Part shown: one piece after another, positions 41,691-64,000 of the stretch | Numbering within the stretch: position 1 is the stretch's first letter | How the letters are laid out: each line of letters opens with the position of its first letter | Assembly: GCF_009914755.1 (NCBI RefSeq) | Contig: NC_060925.1 | Strand: one strand, 5' to 3' | Length of the DNA stretch: 64,000 nt | Source of the DNA: the human T2T-CHM13v2.0 reference genome, Homo sapiens | Made by a program: the position numbers and the translations under genes | Notes under the pieces: model-generated | Seen by the model: only the letters and a program-made list of their open reading frames with translations | Database searches by the model: none | What the model was told of the DNA's origin: nothing

Positions 41691-41857
41691 CTGGAAGCTA
41701 AAATGTTTTTCTCTTTTTTTTTCTTTTGTTCCTTTGTATTTTTTGCCTTCCTTTCTTCCTCTATTTCTCCTTCCTTCCCATCCTTCTTCCCATTCTTTCT
41801 TAAAAACAGGTTTGAGAATTTATTACACAGAAGCCATGACTATAAAGATATACAAGA

Positions 41858-42503
41858 TGTGATTTCTGTGCCTCTCTTATTTTTATGCAGCTTTGTAGCA
41901 AATCTATGCAAATTTAGAGATTTAAATTGCACTTATATATTAACTAATAGTTCTGTAGTTCAGAAGTCTGTCACAGCATGAGTGGGCTCCCTGCTCAGGA
42001 TATCGGAAGGCTGCAATGAAAGCGTCAGCCAGGCTCAGTTCTCATCTTGAGGTGCTAGGAAAAAAATCCACTTCCAGGCTCATTCAGGCTGTTGGCTGGA
42101 TTCAGTCTCTCAGGTTGAAGTATTGATCTTTTTGATCTCAGTTTTTTTGCTATCTGTCAGGAAGGGGCATACCTCAGCACCTAAATGCCACCCACATTTC
42201 TTGCTATTTGATATCCTCCATCTCCTAGCCAGCAATGGTGCAATGAATCCTTCATGCTTCAAATCTATGATTCCAACTTCTGTGACCAGCTGGGCAAAAG
42301 TCTTTGCTTTTAAAGAGTTGAAATGATTAGGTCAAATCCATTTAGATAATCTCGCTATCTAAAGGTCAGTTGATTTGGGACTTAATTACATCTTCAAAAC
42401 TGCCTTCACAGCTACACCTAGATTAGGATTTAAAGAACTGGGAGAAGGTTTGTGCACATACAGGACAAGAATCTTGGGGGCCATCTTAAAATTCTGCTAC
42501 CAC
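41858..42503 (-). mobile_element. MLT1E-like LTR
   Basis: aatccacttccaggctcattcaggctgttggc ... gaatcttgggggccatcttaaaattctgctaccaca. Confidence 0.7.
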
Positions 42504-42616
42504 AGCCTCCAAGGAGTTCACCAGTAGGGAAACAGGCTTGGGACTCAGTATAAAGCAATAAAGGACAGTCACAGTTACAAGAAATAGAAGTGGTATCATG
42601 TGATAATCTTGTTCTT

Positions 42617-49514
<6,898 letters not shown>

Positions 49515-49929
49515 AAAAAGAAGTGGTACTAATGAATTACTGAAAGACTAACTCCAGGAGATATGTGTAAATGGTCAAAGTAGGCTTCCTAGAGGAGTTG
49601 ACACCTTAGCACAATCATGCACTGGACAATTACTTATTAAGTAACTACTGTATATACCAGCCACTGAGCTGAATTTTGAGAGATAAATAGTTGTTTTCTA
49701 GGTGGACAGGAGAAAGGATGAGCTTTCTGGAGAGGAGTCATTCTATATGACAAAGCATGTGACCAACATGTGACAAAGAAGAGAAGTGTTTAAGGGATTA
49801 GCTGCAGTTCAGTCCTACTAGCAAAACATATGTAGAAAGTGGCTGGCAAGGAAGCCAAAGTGAGGTCAGATATCCTGTGACAGATTGTATCTTACTCTTT
49901 GATGATAAGGAAACACTGAGGGTTTCTCC

Positions 49930-50295
49930 CCGTACTTTACTGAGGCATAAAGTACAATCCATTGTACATATGTAAAATGTACAGTTTGATGCATTTTTAC
50001 ACATTTATAGACCCATGAAACTTTCACCACAATCAAGAAAACAAGTATTTTCTATCACTCCAAAAGTTTTCTTATGTCCTTTTGTAACCCAAAGCCACAG
50101 GTAACCACTGATTTGTCTTCTGTCTCTATACATTAGTTTCCATTATTTAGAATTTTATATAAATGGATTTATATGGGAGGCACTCATTTGTGCTTGGCTT
50201 CTTTTATTCAGCATAATTTTCAGGTTAATCTATGTTGTTGCAAGTATTGACAAGTCATTTTTTTTTATATTCCTGAGAGGCATTCCATTGTATTG
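49930..50295 (-). mobile_element. Old L1M (MC/ME-like) 3' fragment
   Basis: tgtacagtttgatgcattttt...caccacaatcaag...atcactccaaaagtttt...tagaattttatataaatgga. Confidence 0.6.
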
Positions 50296-50401
50296 TAGGA
50301 ACATAACAAAGTATGATGCCTGTGGAAAAAAGGGGTCAATGTGAAATAATTGTGATAATGTGAAAGCAACAAGGAGACTGGGTGAAGAAATTGGTATTTA
50401 A

Positions 50402-50846
<445 letters not shown>

Positions 50847-52197
50847 TCAAAGTCTTGTGTTGTGGATAAAACAGGGTAATGTGGGTAAGTGAAGAACTGA
50901 TGGGTTTAGTGAGATTTGAGGCTGGAAAGAAAGGTTTGGGCTACATGACATGTGATTTCAGGTACCTGGATATACAGCACTTTGTCAGGTCCCATGTTAG
51001 ATTAATCTGACATAGTAAGACATGGTCCCTGCCTCTGAGAAACTCATTACTCAGTGATTCAAATAATCCAGTAAGTAATTATAAAGAGGCTGAAACATGC
51101 AGTAAAATGGAAGGCACAAAGTAAGAAGTAACTTCTTCTGCCGGTGGAAATCAGAAACTCTTCACTCAGGAGAGTCTTACATGGCAAGTGGAGGTTTCTA
51201 GAGGCTGTAGGATGGAGCATTGTTTGAAGAAGGCTTTCCAGATAAAGAGAGCAATATGATCGGAAGTGTGCTCAGGCTCCATCAGATCTCTCTTATTTTT
51301 TTTTTCTCTTGCTTCTAACTAAAGGAAATAAAATGTAAAAATCTGTGTTTGGGTTTGGAATGGAGAAAGAGATACTGCTTCAGCTTCCAGTGTCAACTGA
51401 GTCAATTTAATCTACCAACACCAGAGAGTCCTTATTATGGTGTCAGGTGCTAGCCCAGCTTTAATGATGAAGTGGTACTTTATTTCTCTTTGTGATATTG
51501 GTCCTTGTGTAAATCTGCTTCAGAAATCTCAGTGAGGAAGTGGTGATTACAAGGCAAGGTTCAGGTTTTCTTATTTTCCCATAGACACCTTACCCATCCC
51601 TAATATTTTGGAGTGAAGGACAGTTCTCAGAGCAGACAAGGCTTTCACTGGAAATGCTAAATTTCCAGAGGCTTCTACAAAGCTACTTGTTGTTTTCTTG
51701 GCTCAGTGGGCTCTCCTTATTGCCTGTATCAGAGCTCTGCAGTTTCTTGCATTCTGATGGTGAGAAACCTTAGCGGAGACAATGCAGCTGTTTGGAATTT
51801 CAAGTGATTCAGCACCGCTGGGGACGTGACGTACTGGAAATGACACTCTCTCCATTTCCACCTGCCAGAAACTCAGGGACCAGCAGCACCATCTCTCCAT
51901 GTCATGAATATGATGAATAGCCTTGTGCTCACCAGGCAGTTATCTTGTTGGAGTAATTCAGGTTGAGAAGATGCTTTCTAAATAGAAAGCTCAAGTTTTA
52001 ACTCAGAAAGTACTTAAGCATATTGGAATCTCTCTATATATAATCCATTTGTTTCTTGGACTCATTGGAGTCCAAAAAATAACCCTAGTCATATAGGCAA
52101 TGGTGACTATATGTGACTGTATCCTAGTCTTATAGTCAGTGGTGACAGAGTGACTGCCTCATGTTGAGTTTCCTAGGAAGCAGATGCTGAGGTGAAG

Positions 52198-52374
52198 TGT
52201 ATTAGTCAGCTTGGGCTGCCATAGTTAAATACCATTGACTGGGTGGCTTAAACAACAAAAATTTATTTTCTCACAATTCTGGAGTCTTGAAGTCTCAGAT
52301 CAGGATGCTGGCGTGGCCAAGTTCTGATAACTCTTTTTCTGGCTTGCTCTTGTTGACTTTCATCTGGCTTTGCA

Positions 52375-52406
<32 letters not shown>

Positions 52407-52564
52407 ATCCTTTTCTTCCTCTTTTTATAAGCCCACTAGTCCTATCAGATTAGGATTTCACCTTTATAATCTCATTTAACTTTAATCTATCTCCAAATAC
52501 ACCCATGTTCAGAGTTAGTCCTTCAACATATGAATCTGGGGAAGACATATTTCAGTCTATAGCA
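52198..52564 (-). mobile_element. MLT1B-like solo LTR containing a (GA)n tract at 52379-52406
   Basis: tgtattagtcagcttgggctgccata ... atttcagtctatagca. Confidence 0.75.
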
Positions 52565-53940
52565 CAGAGATTACCTTGCAAGAGCTTGATTTAGCAGTGC
52601 TTAGATTCACCACTTCTGGAAGGGAAAAGAAGGAAACAGAATTGAACAGAAGTTGGGCTGTGAGGCAAACTCACTGAAGGTCTCAGTTAACCCTATAAGG
52701 AACTCTAAAATCCATTTAGAGTTGTCTCGACTTGAAGTCTTTTTATTACCATGTCAACCAGTCCTTGGACGTAGGCTGCCCTAGTAAAAGTTTTTAAATT
52801 CTCTTTGATGATGTGTATGCATTTTAAGGATATGTGGCTAGATTTCTGGGCAGTTGACATTATTCTATAGGAATGTGAAAAGCCTGTTTCAGATTCTTGT
52901 TATAGATGATGGTTTTGATAACTCATGTTCAAAAGGGGTGGGGGCACAATGGGGAGGGAGAATCCAGACAAAAGGATTATGCTTCTGAAGTCTATCAAGA
53001 AAATAGACACTCAAAATTTCCTAGTTGTGGGTGAAAATGAAGAAAATACCAGCATCAGAAATATATAGTTATCACTTTAAGTGATTCAATTTCTAAGTAA
53101 CGTATTTACCTGTCTATGTTTTTTATTTTTTTATTTATTTTTATTTTTTATTTTTTATTATTATTATTAGACTTTAAGTTTTAGGGTACATGTGCACAAT
53201 GTGCAGGTTAGTTACATATGTATACATGTGACATGCTGGTGTGCTGCACCCACTAACTCCTCATCTATCATTAGGTATATCTCCCAATGCTATCCCTCCC
53301 CCCTCACCCCACCCCACAACAGTCCCCAGAGTGTGATGTTTCCCTTCCTGTGTCCATGTGTTCTCATTGTTCAATTCACGCCTATAAGTGAGAATATGCG
53401 GTGTTTGGTTTTTTGTTCTTGCGATAGTTTACTGAGAATGATGATTTCCAACTTCATCCACATCCCTACGAAGGACATGAACTCATCATTTTTTATGGCT
53501 GCATAGTATTCCATGGTGTATATGTGCCACATTTTCTTAATCCAGTCTATCATTGTTGGACATTTGGGTTGTTTCCAAGTCTTTGCTATTGTGAATAGTG
53601 CCACAATAAACATACGTGTGCATGTGTCTTTATAGCAGCATGATTTATAGTCCTTTGGGTATATACCCAGTAATGGGATGGCTGGGTCAAATGGTATTTC
53701 TAGTTCTAGATCCCTGAGGAATCACCACACTGACTTCCACAATGGTTGAACTAGTTTACAGTCCCACCAACAGTGTAAAAGTGTTCCTATTTCTCCACAT
53801 CCTCTCCAGCATCTGTTGTTTCCTGACTTTTTAATGATTGCCATTCTAACTGGTGTGAGATGGTATCTCATTGTGGTTTTGATTTGCATTTCTCTGATGG
53901 CCAGTGATGATGAGCATTTTTTCATGTGTTTTTTGGCTGC

Positions 53941-55521
<1,581 letters not shown>

Positions 55522-55524
55522 TAA

Positions 55525-55734
<210 letters not shown>

Positions 55735-55737
55735 TGA

Positions 55738-56388
<651 letters not shown>

Positions 56389-56519
56389 TGATCTCTCATC
56401 TAGAAAATATTTCTATATTTCCACCCTGTTAGTCACTAGAAACTTTTAAGTTTTAGCTTCTCCTAATCTCACAGAATTAAGGTTTTCTGTTATGGTCTTC
56501 TTAGAATACAGTACTCTGT

Positions 56520-56710
56520 TCTTGGTAGCAGGTCCCTCATATGTGATTACCTGACTGATTGTTTCTCTATTAGGAGGTAAATCCCATAAAGATAAGGAAA
56601 CATGCTTGTCCTATTCACCCTTGTATTACCAGTATCCAGCACAATGCTTGGCACACAGTCAATGCTCAAATATTATCTGTTGAATAAATAAATGGATGAA
56701 TGAATAAATG
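56520..56710 (+). mobile_element. L2 3' end
   Basis: ccagcacaatgcttggcacacagtcaatgctcaaatattatctgttgaataaataaatggatgaatgaat. Confidence 0.65.
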
Positions 56711-57720
56711 TTTTCAAGGAAAATGTATCAACCATATCTTTTGGAGTCAGTCTATATCTATGAGGTAGAGTCCACAGTGTATGTGTCTATATATTAACAT
56801 GTACCACGTTTTAATAGCTCGTTTTAAGAGCTAATTGTCAAAACTGTATATACTTTTTCCTCAGATGATTACATTGACAGACAACACCTTGGGATTGATT
56901 TTCTTGACATACATTAACAATAATTTGAAATTGTAAAAAAAAAAAAAAAAAGCAGTGATATGAATATGTTCTCCATGGTCCCTGACAACACATTAGGGGG
57001 TTCTCACAGGGAGATGCACATATCTATTCATATCCCTTTACTAAAGGACTGTCCCTTATCATGGAAAGTTTCTGTCTTTGAGTGAAGCAAAATGGAGGAT
57101 GCTTACCTTGCAGGTCAGAGGACCCAAGTTCACCTTGCGTTTTAAAGCATCACAGCTAGATCACTGTAGTGTTCAACTTCCCTTTTCTATTCCAAAATTT
57201 AAAAATCGGCTTATTAAGTTCATACAAAAAGGTTGTATTATTAATTATCCTCAAAAAGACTGTCAGGTTTGTCTTGGCCAGGTGGTAGAGATTGGTACTA
57301 AGTCATGTAAATCTTTTATGTTTCTGTGTTAATGTTGGTCCTTAGCTGGCAAATCGTATCTAGACTTATTGGAATAACTGCCTCAACCTTTAAAGAGGCT
57401 ATTTCAAATGTGTGCTGTGGCTACTTGTATTTCTATATTGATCCTCATGGGAGATACCACTAGTTATTAACAATACTTATTCCTATTAAACCTAAAACTT
57501 CTTCAGAATCCTTCTAATGTAGTATGTTAGGCAGCCACTATCACCGTGTTGATATATGAGAGGAAATCTCTTTTCCATCCTTACTCTAAGAGAAGACATG
57601 ATTTAATTGGGCAAAACTCTAATTTAGGAACACATCAAAAATTGAGTGATGGATCAAGGGATAGTGTAAATACTCAAGTGGATGAATCAAACATGTTCCC
57701 ATTACCAGGAATTCTGTGCA

Positions 57721-58094
57721 TGTATTAGTCTGTTCTCACGTGCTAATAAAGACATATCCAAGACTGAGTAATTGATAAAGGAAAGAGGTTTAATTGACTC
57801 ACAGTTCAGCGTGCTGGGGAGGCCTGAGGAAACTTACAATCATGGCTGAAGGGGAAGCAAACGCATCCTTCTTCACATGGTGGCAGGAAGGAGAAGTGCA
57901 GAGGGAAGGGGATGGAAAAGCCCCTCATGCATCATGAGATCTTGTGAGAACTCACTCACTGTCATGAGAATAGCATGGAGGTAACCACCCCTATGATTCA
58001 GTTACCTCTCACCAGGTTCCTCCAAAGACACATGAGGATTATGGGAGCTAAAGTTCAAGATGAGATTTGGGTGCGACACAGCCAAACCATATCA
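57721..58094 (-). mobile_element. THE1 (THE1D-like)/MST solo LTR inserted in a MIR
   Basis: tgtattagtc...gccaaaccatatca termini; perfect 5-bp TSD gtgca at 57716-57720 and 58095-58099. Confidence 0.92.
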
Positions 58095-59046
58095 GTGCAC
58101 ATTCTTTCATTTGATATTCACAACATCCCTATGGAATAGGCAAATCAGGTATTTTCTTCCCATCTTACGGACTTAAAAAAGCAAGACAGAGAAGTTAAGG
58201 GGCTTGCAGACTTACTTGGGATCATAAAGCTAACAAATAGAAAACAATTGGTCTTCTGATCCCAAATTATTTATATTTTCTATAGAAACACAGTGGTTTT
58301 TAGTAATTTCTTTCTAATGACCTAATTAATTTTTATCTAAAGACTCTAAGCAAAACTTTCTGAAGTTAAAAAATATAATGTGTCAAGCTTTCTATTATCT
58401 GATAAGAAACCAATTAAAGGCATCAGGGATAAAACACGATCCTAATATGAACTTTATTCAAGACAATTGAAAAGGTCTTCTGACTCAGATAAAAACTGGT
58501 TGTTTTCCAGAGCTATTGTCAAAATATTGACTGATTATTATCTTTCGGGTAAACAAACTGCTCAAAAGTCATCCTGGGGTGCTCATGGTAAGCCCTATCA
58601 CTGAGCAAGAGAGCAAGAAACATTACTATGCTTGCTTAGCGTGGGCACAGTCACTCCAGGAAGGAAGACAATACTGAAACTCACAATCCTGGCTGCACTT
58701 CTGTTTTCCCAAATCTCTTCCCTCTCAGCACTCTCAGGCTCTTCTAGACAGGTTCAATACCAATGGATCTATCAGTTTTGATTTGTTTTGAATGGTCTGA
58801 TTTATTTTATCGTATAAAAAATAATTGTATGTGATGCCAGGGGCTGCAAAGTATGGGTCAAGTTATGAGGGTTTCTAAAATAAACGCATATGTCTGTATC
58901 TGTATCTGTGTGTGATTGGTTGGAAATAAATGACCTTAAGACAAGGCAAGAAGTTTGCTTAATTTAGAGAGCTTTCCAAATTTGTATGTAGCCAATTCAA
59001 GTAGTTGGTTTGAAAAAAGTAAAAATAAAATCCTTCAAGAATAACA

Positions 59047-59345
59047 GACTGGGCACTGTGACTCATGCCTGTAATCCCAGCATTTTGGGAGGCCAAGGTG
59101 GGCAGATTACTTGGGGCTAGGAGTTCGAGACCAGCCTGGCCAACATGGGGAAACCCCATCTCTACTAAAAATACAAAAATTAGCCAGGTGTGGTGGTGCA
59201 CGCCTGTAATTCCAGTGACACAGAGGGCTGAGGCACGAGAGTTACTTGAACCTGGGAGGCGAAGGTTGCAGTGAAACAAGATCTCACCACTGCACTCCAA
59301 ACTGGGCAACAGAGCAAGACTATTTTCCCCAAAAAAAGAATAATA
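59047..59345 (+). mobile_element. Old Alu (AluJb/Sz-like)
   Basis: Diverged full dimer; TSD-like aagaataa on both sides. Confidence 0.9.
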
Positions 59346-60919
59346 AAAATAATATTTATTTAACAATACAGAACTCTATGTATCCAATATTAAAACCAAC
59401 TATTTATTAAAGACAAAGTCATTATATTAAATACAATGAGCAACTGAAGAAATCAAGACCAATGGATGTGTGAAAAAAATGGTCCTATTTAAAAGCATAA
59501 GCAATGTAAAATACATACGGAGATCTTAATTTTAGTTGTACCTTAATTAATCAAGTTTTTATTCAGCTTTAGTTTTGTCACTGAGACTTGCTCTGAGTAG
59601 CCCCTCCTTCTGCTTCATAAAATTAATAACTTTAATTTGCAGGCTCAGTCCTGAGCCAATTCTGATGAAAAGCTTTACTGTATAATATCAGAATTCTGGT
59701 TACACTGATGGTAGGGTCTGGCTATGAAGCCTCGTGTTGACTTTGCCTAGGTTGAGCACTGAGCAAGATTGAAAAGAAATTATTGTTTCTTGTGTCTATT
59801 ACCTTTGATATAATAAAACCATAAATTAAGAAGTACCTAGGAGAATGCTTCATTTTCTGTGGCTGCTGTTACTGAAAGCAAATCAAGGATCTATCATAAA
59901 ATAGCCTACAAGAATACTTTATATGCAAGAAAAATATACTGTTGTTTATTTGACGTTATATTTCTTTCCTTTTTTATTTGTATGTGTTACACAGATATTT
60001 CTGGTTTCCTGGAATTTTGGCCACAGATCATACCATCAAGTATGTGGTACTATTTCAAAATGAGGAGCAAATGAAAACTGCCTAAATATGACTGAAGAGT
60101 TTGTGTGATAAAATGACATAAATTCTGAATTTTGACTCAGTGATTACATGCCAGGCATTACTGGACAGTAGAACATGTATGCACTTTGAAATCAAAAATA
60201 CCTATTGAGATTAAAAAGAATGGTTTGGCCTGTAAAATCTGACTTACCAGAATCAGATATTTTCTTCACTACTGAACTTTGCTAGTAATTAAAAAGATAT
60301 GGGTGATAGCAATTCATTGGCAATCTGTTTCATTGCCTTTGGAAAGATTTAAAACAATAGTACAGTTCCATTAGGAACTGCTCAGTTTTTTATTAAACAT
60401 GTTATGTTCTAGGCAATACATCCATAATATTGCTTGTTATAGAAGGAGCCATTCTGGTTATTGAACAGCTCCTTTTTATACTTCACTTATTATCTAGTTT
60501 ATGTGATATCGTCCAGTGATCTATGACCCATATATCTATGAATTCTTGGGGCATGTACAATTGCAACCTAGACATACCAGATGTACTCTGCTAAAAGTTT
60601 TTCATATGTAAGGACTTTCTGTATTATCTGCTAGTAATTTAGAAAGGACTTTGACCAGAACATCTTGTTCTTTCCTAGATGTCCCTGGTAAAGAAAGAAA
60701 ATATTTCATGGATATCATAAGGTTGCCACTAACATGTTCTTTCCCACATGAACTCAAATCCTTTCTTCATTGTTTGCTCACTAATTGTGATTATTCTGGG
60801 AGACCTTCATCAATTTCCTCTATATTAAGTCTTAAGGCCTCTGGTTTCCACCATACAGATTATTATTTTTATTTTTATCACTACAAATTATTTCTAACCC
60901 TGGATAAGTTATTTTTTTA

Positions 60920-63600
60920 AAGCCAGAATAGGCTTTACCCTAGAATGCAGAAAGCTGGAAAAAGCATTGCTTCCATGCTAAAAACAAGAAAAAGCAAGAG
61001 AAAAATTAAAAGTCACAACTTTTCTTGAACCCATCAGGTAGCTGAATTGTAAGAAAACCAAGTAGCCTGAAATCAAGGACAGATGGGACACTGGGCCTAG
61101 ATCATCAGTGGAAGACAACAGGAGACTTATATAGCAGCTATACAAGTAGTAGGAAGAAATCAGCCAGAAATTTTTTTAGCAATCTCCATAATTTTATTTA
61201 GAGTTGACTTAAATTATTTTACTTAGAGTGGAAAATGTAAAATAGTTAATCCATAGAAACTTATTTAAGCCTTTATTTTAGGTTCAGGGGTATATATGCA
61301 GGTTTGCTATACAGGTAAACTCTTGTCACTGGGGGTTGTTGTACAGATTATTTCATCACCCAGGTACTACCCAATAGTCATTTTTTTTTCTGCTCCTCTC
61401 CCTCATCCCACCCTCCACCCTCAAGTAGACCCCAGGGCTTATTGTTCCCTTCTTTATATCCATGAGTTCTCATAATTTAGCCCCACTTATAAGTGAGAAC
61501 ATGTAGTAATTGGTTTTCTGTTCCTGCATTAGTTTGCTAAGGATAATGGCCTCAATGTTCCCACAAATGACATTCTCTCATTCTTTTTTATGCCTGCATA
61601 GTATTCCATTGTGTATATATACCATATTTTCTTTATCTAATCTGTCAATGATGGGTGTTCAGGTTGATTCCACATCTTTGCTATTGTGAATGAACATATG
61701 CATGCATGTGTCTTTATGGTAGAGTGATATATATTCCTCTGGGTACGTACCTAGTAATGAGATTGCTGGGTCAAATGGAAGTTCTGTTTTTAGCTCTTTG
61801 AGGAATCGCCACACTGCTTTCCACAATGACTGAACTTATTTACACTCCTACCAACAGTGTATACGTGTTCCCTTTTCTGCATAATCTCTTCAGCATCTGT
61901 TATTTTTTAACTTTTTACTAATAGCCATTCTGACTGGTATGAAATGGTATTTCATTGTTTTGATTTGCATTTCTCTAATGATCGGTGATGTTTTCATATG
62001 CTTGTGGGCCACTTGTATGTTTTCTTTTGAAAAGTGTCTGTCGGGTACTTTGCCCACTTTTAAATAGGGTTTTTTTTTTCTGGTAAATTTGTTTAAGTTC
62101 CTTACAGATGCTGGGTATTAAATCTTTGTCAAATGCAGAGTTTAAAAAATCTTCTCCCATTCTCTAGGTTGTCTGTTTACTCTGTTGATAGTTTCTTTTG
62201 CCGTGCAGAAGCTCTTAAGCTTAATTAGATCCCATTTGTCAATTTTTGCTTTTGTTGGGATTGCTTTTGGCATGTTTGTCATGAAATCTTTGCTCATTCT
62301 TATGTCCAGAATGGTATTGCCTAGGTTGTCTTTCAGGGTTTTTATAGTTTTGATTTTTACTTTTAACTCTTTTCTCCATCTTGAGTTGATTTTTGTATAC
62401 GGTGTAAGAAAGGTGTTCAGTTTCAATCTTCCTCATATAGCTAGCCAGTTATCCCAGCACCATTTATTGAATAGTGAGTCCTTTCTGCATTACTCATTTT
62501 TGTCAGTTTTTTTGAAGATCAGATGGTTGTAGGTGTGCAGTCTGATTTCTGGCTCTCCATTATGTTCCTCTCTTCTATGTGTCTGTTTTTGTGCCAGTAC
62601 CATGCTGTTTTGGTTATTGTAGCTCTGTAGTATAGTTTCAAGTTGAGTAATGGAATGCCTCCGCTTTGTTCTTTTGGCTTGAATCAGCTAAAATTTGAAT
62701 GTATTGGTAAGTTAAATGTGGGCTAGCACTATAGTATAGAACACTGGGAAGCCTAGAGGCAAAAGAAGTTTGTATTCACTGTAGATTTGGAGCAGGTAGG
62801 TAGTCCAGAGAGAGCCACCTTCAGGGTGCAGGTGTTCAGAAGGGGATCTGCTGCCACAGCAGGAAAGGCATGAAGCCCCATCCCCTGCTTAGATTCCTCT
62901 CTCAATGGGAAAAAGCCTTAAATAAAGAAAGGGCAACAAACCCTGTCAACAGGAGTGAAGATTCATTGTTCCTGGAGGAAGTGTGGAAAGCACCCTCTAC
63001 TCATGGGGAAGCAGTAGGCAAGAGTCCTCTATCTAAAATCCTATAAAACAATTAGAGATCTCCTACCACTGGAGGAGGAGCAAAAAACTTCCTCCTGCTC
63101 GTGACCCATACAGAAAATAGGCAGATTTTGGCTGCCATGTGGAAGAGGGGCAAGAACACTGTGGAAATCCTACCACAAAGCCCAGGCACACAAAGCCTAC
63201 TTCCATTTAGCTGAACTAGACAGCATAGAACCTCCCTCTCATCAGCCCAGTAAGCGCCAAGTACCAAGCAACAGCAGTCTGATACTGAGAAATGACAAAA
63301 GTGTGACAAGAGACCCCCTGTAGAGTATAGGCAAATCAGGATGGCAGAAAGTTCAGCTTGGAGTATATACATTAAGGCAGAGCCTCAGAGGAATTTGAAT
63401 TTTATAGTACCCTGAGGGTAGCCATATTAAAAACAAAATCCAAATCCAGCTTAACTCTTGACTAGATCAACTCAATTTTCCAATAATAATGGCCTAGCTG
63501 AAGAAGAGGCATATGTACTTTCAAGCATGAATAGTATTGCCTCCATCTCTACTGTTCTACACAATGTGGCTGGCATTCTTCTGAACTCATCGTATTTACT
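60920..63600 (+). mobile_element. Old L1M 5'-region relic interrupted by a younger L1
   Basis: agaaagctggaaaaagcattgc...cacaactttttcttgaacccatcag; host sequence resumes after 62696. Confidence 0.4.
61270..62681 (-). mobile_element. 5'-truncated L1 (L1PA15/16-like)
   Basis: 3' UTR tttattttaggttcagggg...cccaccctccaccctcaagtagacccc; ORF2 C-terminal peptide ([29 protein letters not shown]). Confidence 0.9.
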
Positions 63601-63714
63601 AACATCCAAACATCCTCTCTATATCTTTCCTACTCTTCAAATTGTCCAGCCATTGAGCAAATAAGTAATAGATTTTACTTAGGACCAAAACACAGAGTGT
63701 TCAGCCAACCAACA

Positions 63715-63922
63715 AATTTGCCTTCTTGCTGTGTCCTCACATGGTGGAAGGAGAAAGGCAGCTCTCTGGGGTCTCTTTGATAAGGGCACTAATCCCACTC
63801 TGGAGACTCTGCCCTCATGACCTAGTCATCTCCCCAAGGCTTCACCTCTTAATATCATCACTTTGGTGATCAGGTTTTCAACATAGCAATTTGGGGGGAA
63901 CACAGTCATTCAGGCCACATTA
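63715..63922 (-). mobile_element. Partial MLT1A/B-like LTR
   Basis: tgtgtcctcacatggtggaagg...taagggcactaatcccac...cacagtcattcaggccaca. Confidence 0.75.
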
Positions 63923-64000
63923 TACGCCATCAAAAGAAATAAGTAATTCAGGATGCAAAGCAGTTTTAGAAGAAACATAAAAATTCAGTTGTGGCTCTCA

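Overview
Human genomic DNA (it carries a human-specific AluYb8) that is AT-rich, CpG-depleted and dominated by transposable elements; it reads as a deep intron or intergenic region. I recognise no host protein-coding exon. Every ORF with a recognisable product is a decayed LINE-1 ORF1/ORF2 fragment or an Alu read-through. Contents: four primate L1s (a full-length L1PA7/8-like, a 5'-truncated L1PA7/8-like, a 5'-inverted L1PA2/3-like and an older L1PA15/16-like), seven Alus (including AluYb8 and AluYd), many MaLR LTRs including a two-LTR MLT1A provirus, hAT MITEs, MIR/L2 relics and microsatellites. The most unusual signals are records of retrotransposition and DNA repair: (1) a tailless 5'-half tRNA-Ile(TAT) retrocopy with a perfect 15-bp target-site duplication (TSD) inside an MLT1A LTR, with the empty site preserved in the sister LTR; (2) a ~100-bp piece of an L1's own ORF2 copied into its ORF1; (3) a 36-bp LTR/flank junction copied ~1 kb upstream; (4) an apparent L1 3' transduction with its own polyA signal; (5) a twin-priming L1 inversion. 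I found no evidence of a novel protein-coding or CRISPR-like system. Subfamily names come from remembered consensus sequences, and boundaries of old repeats are approximate.
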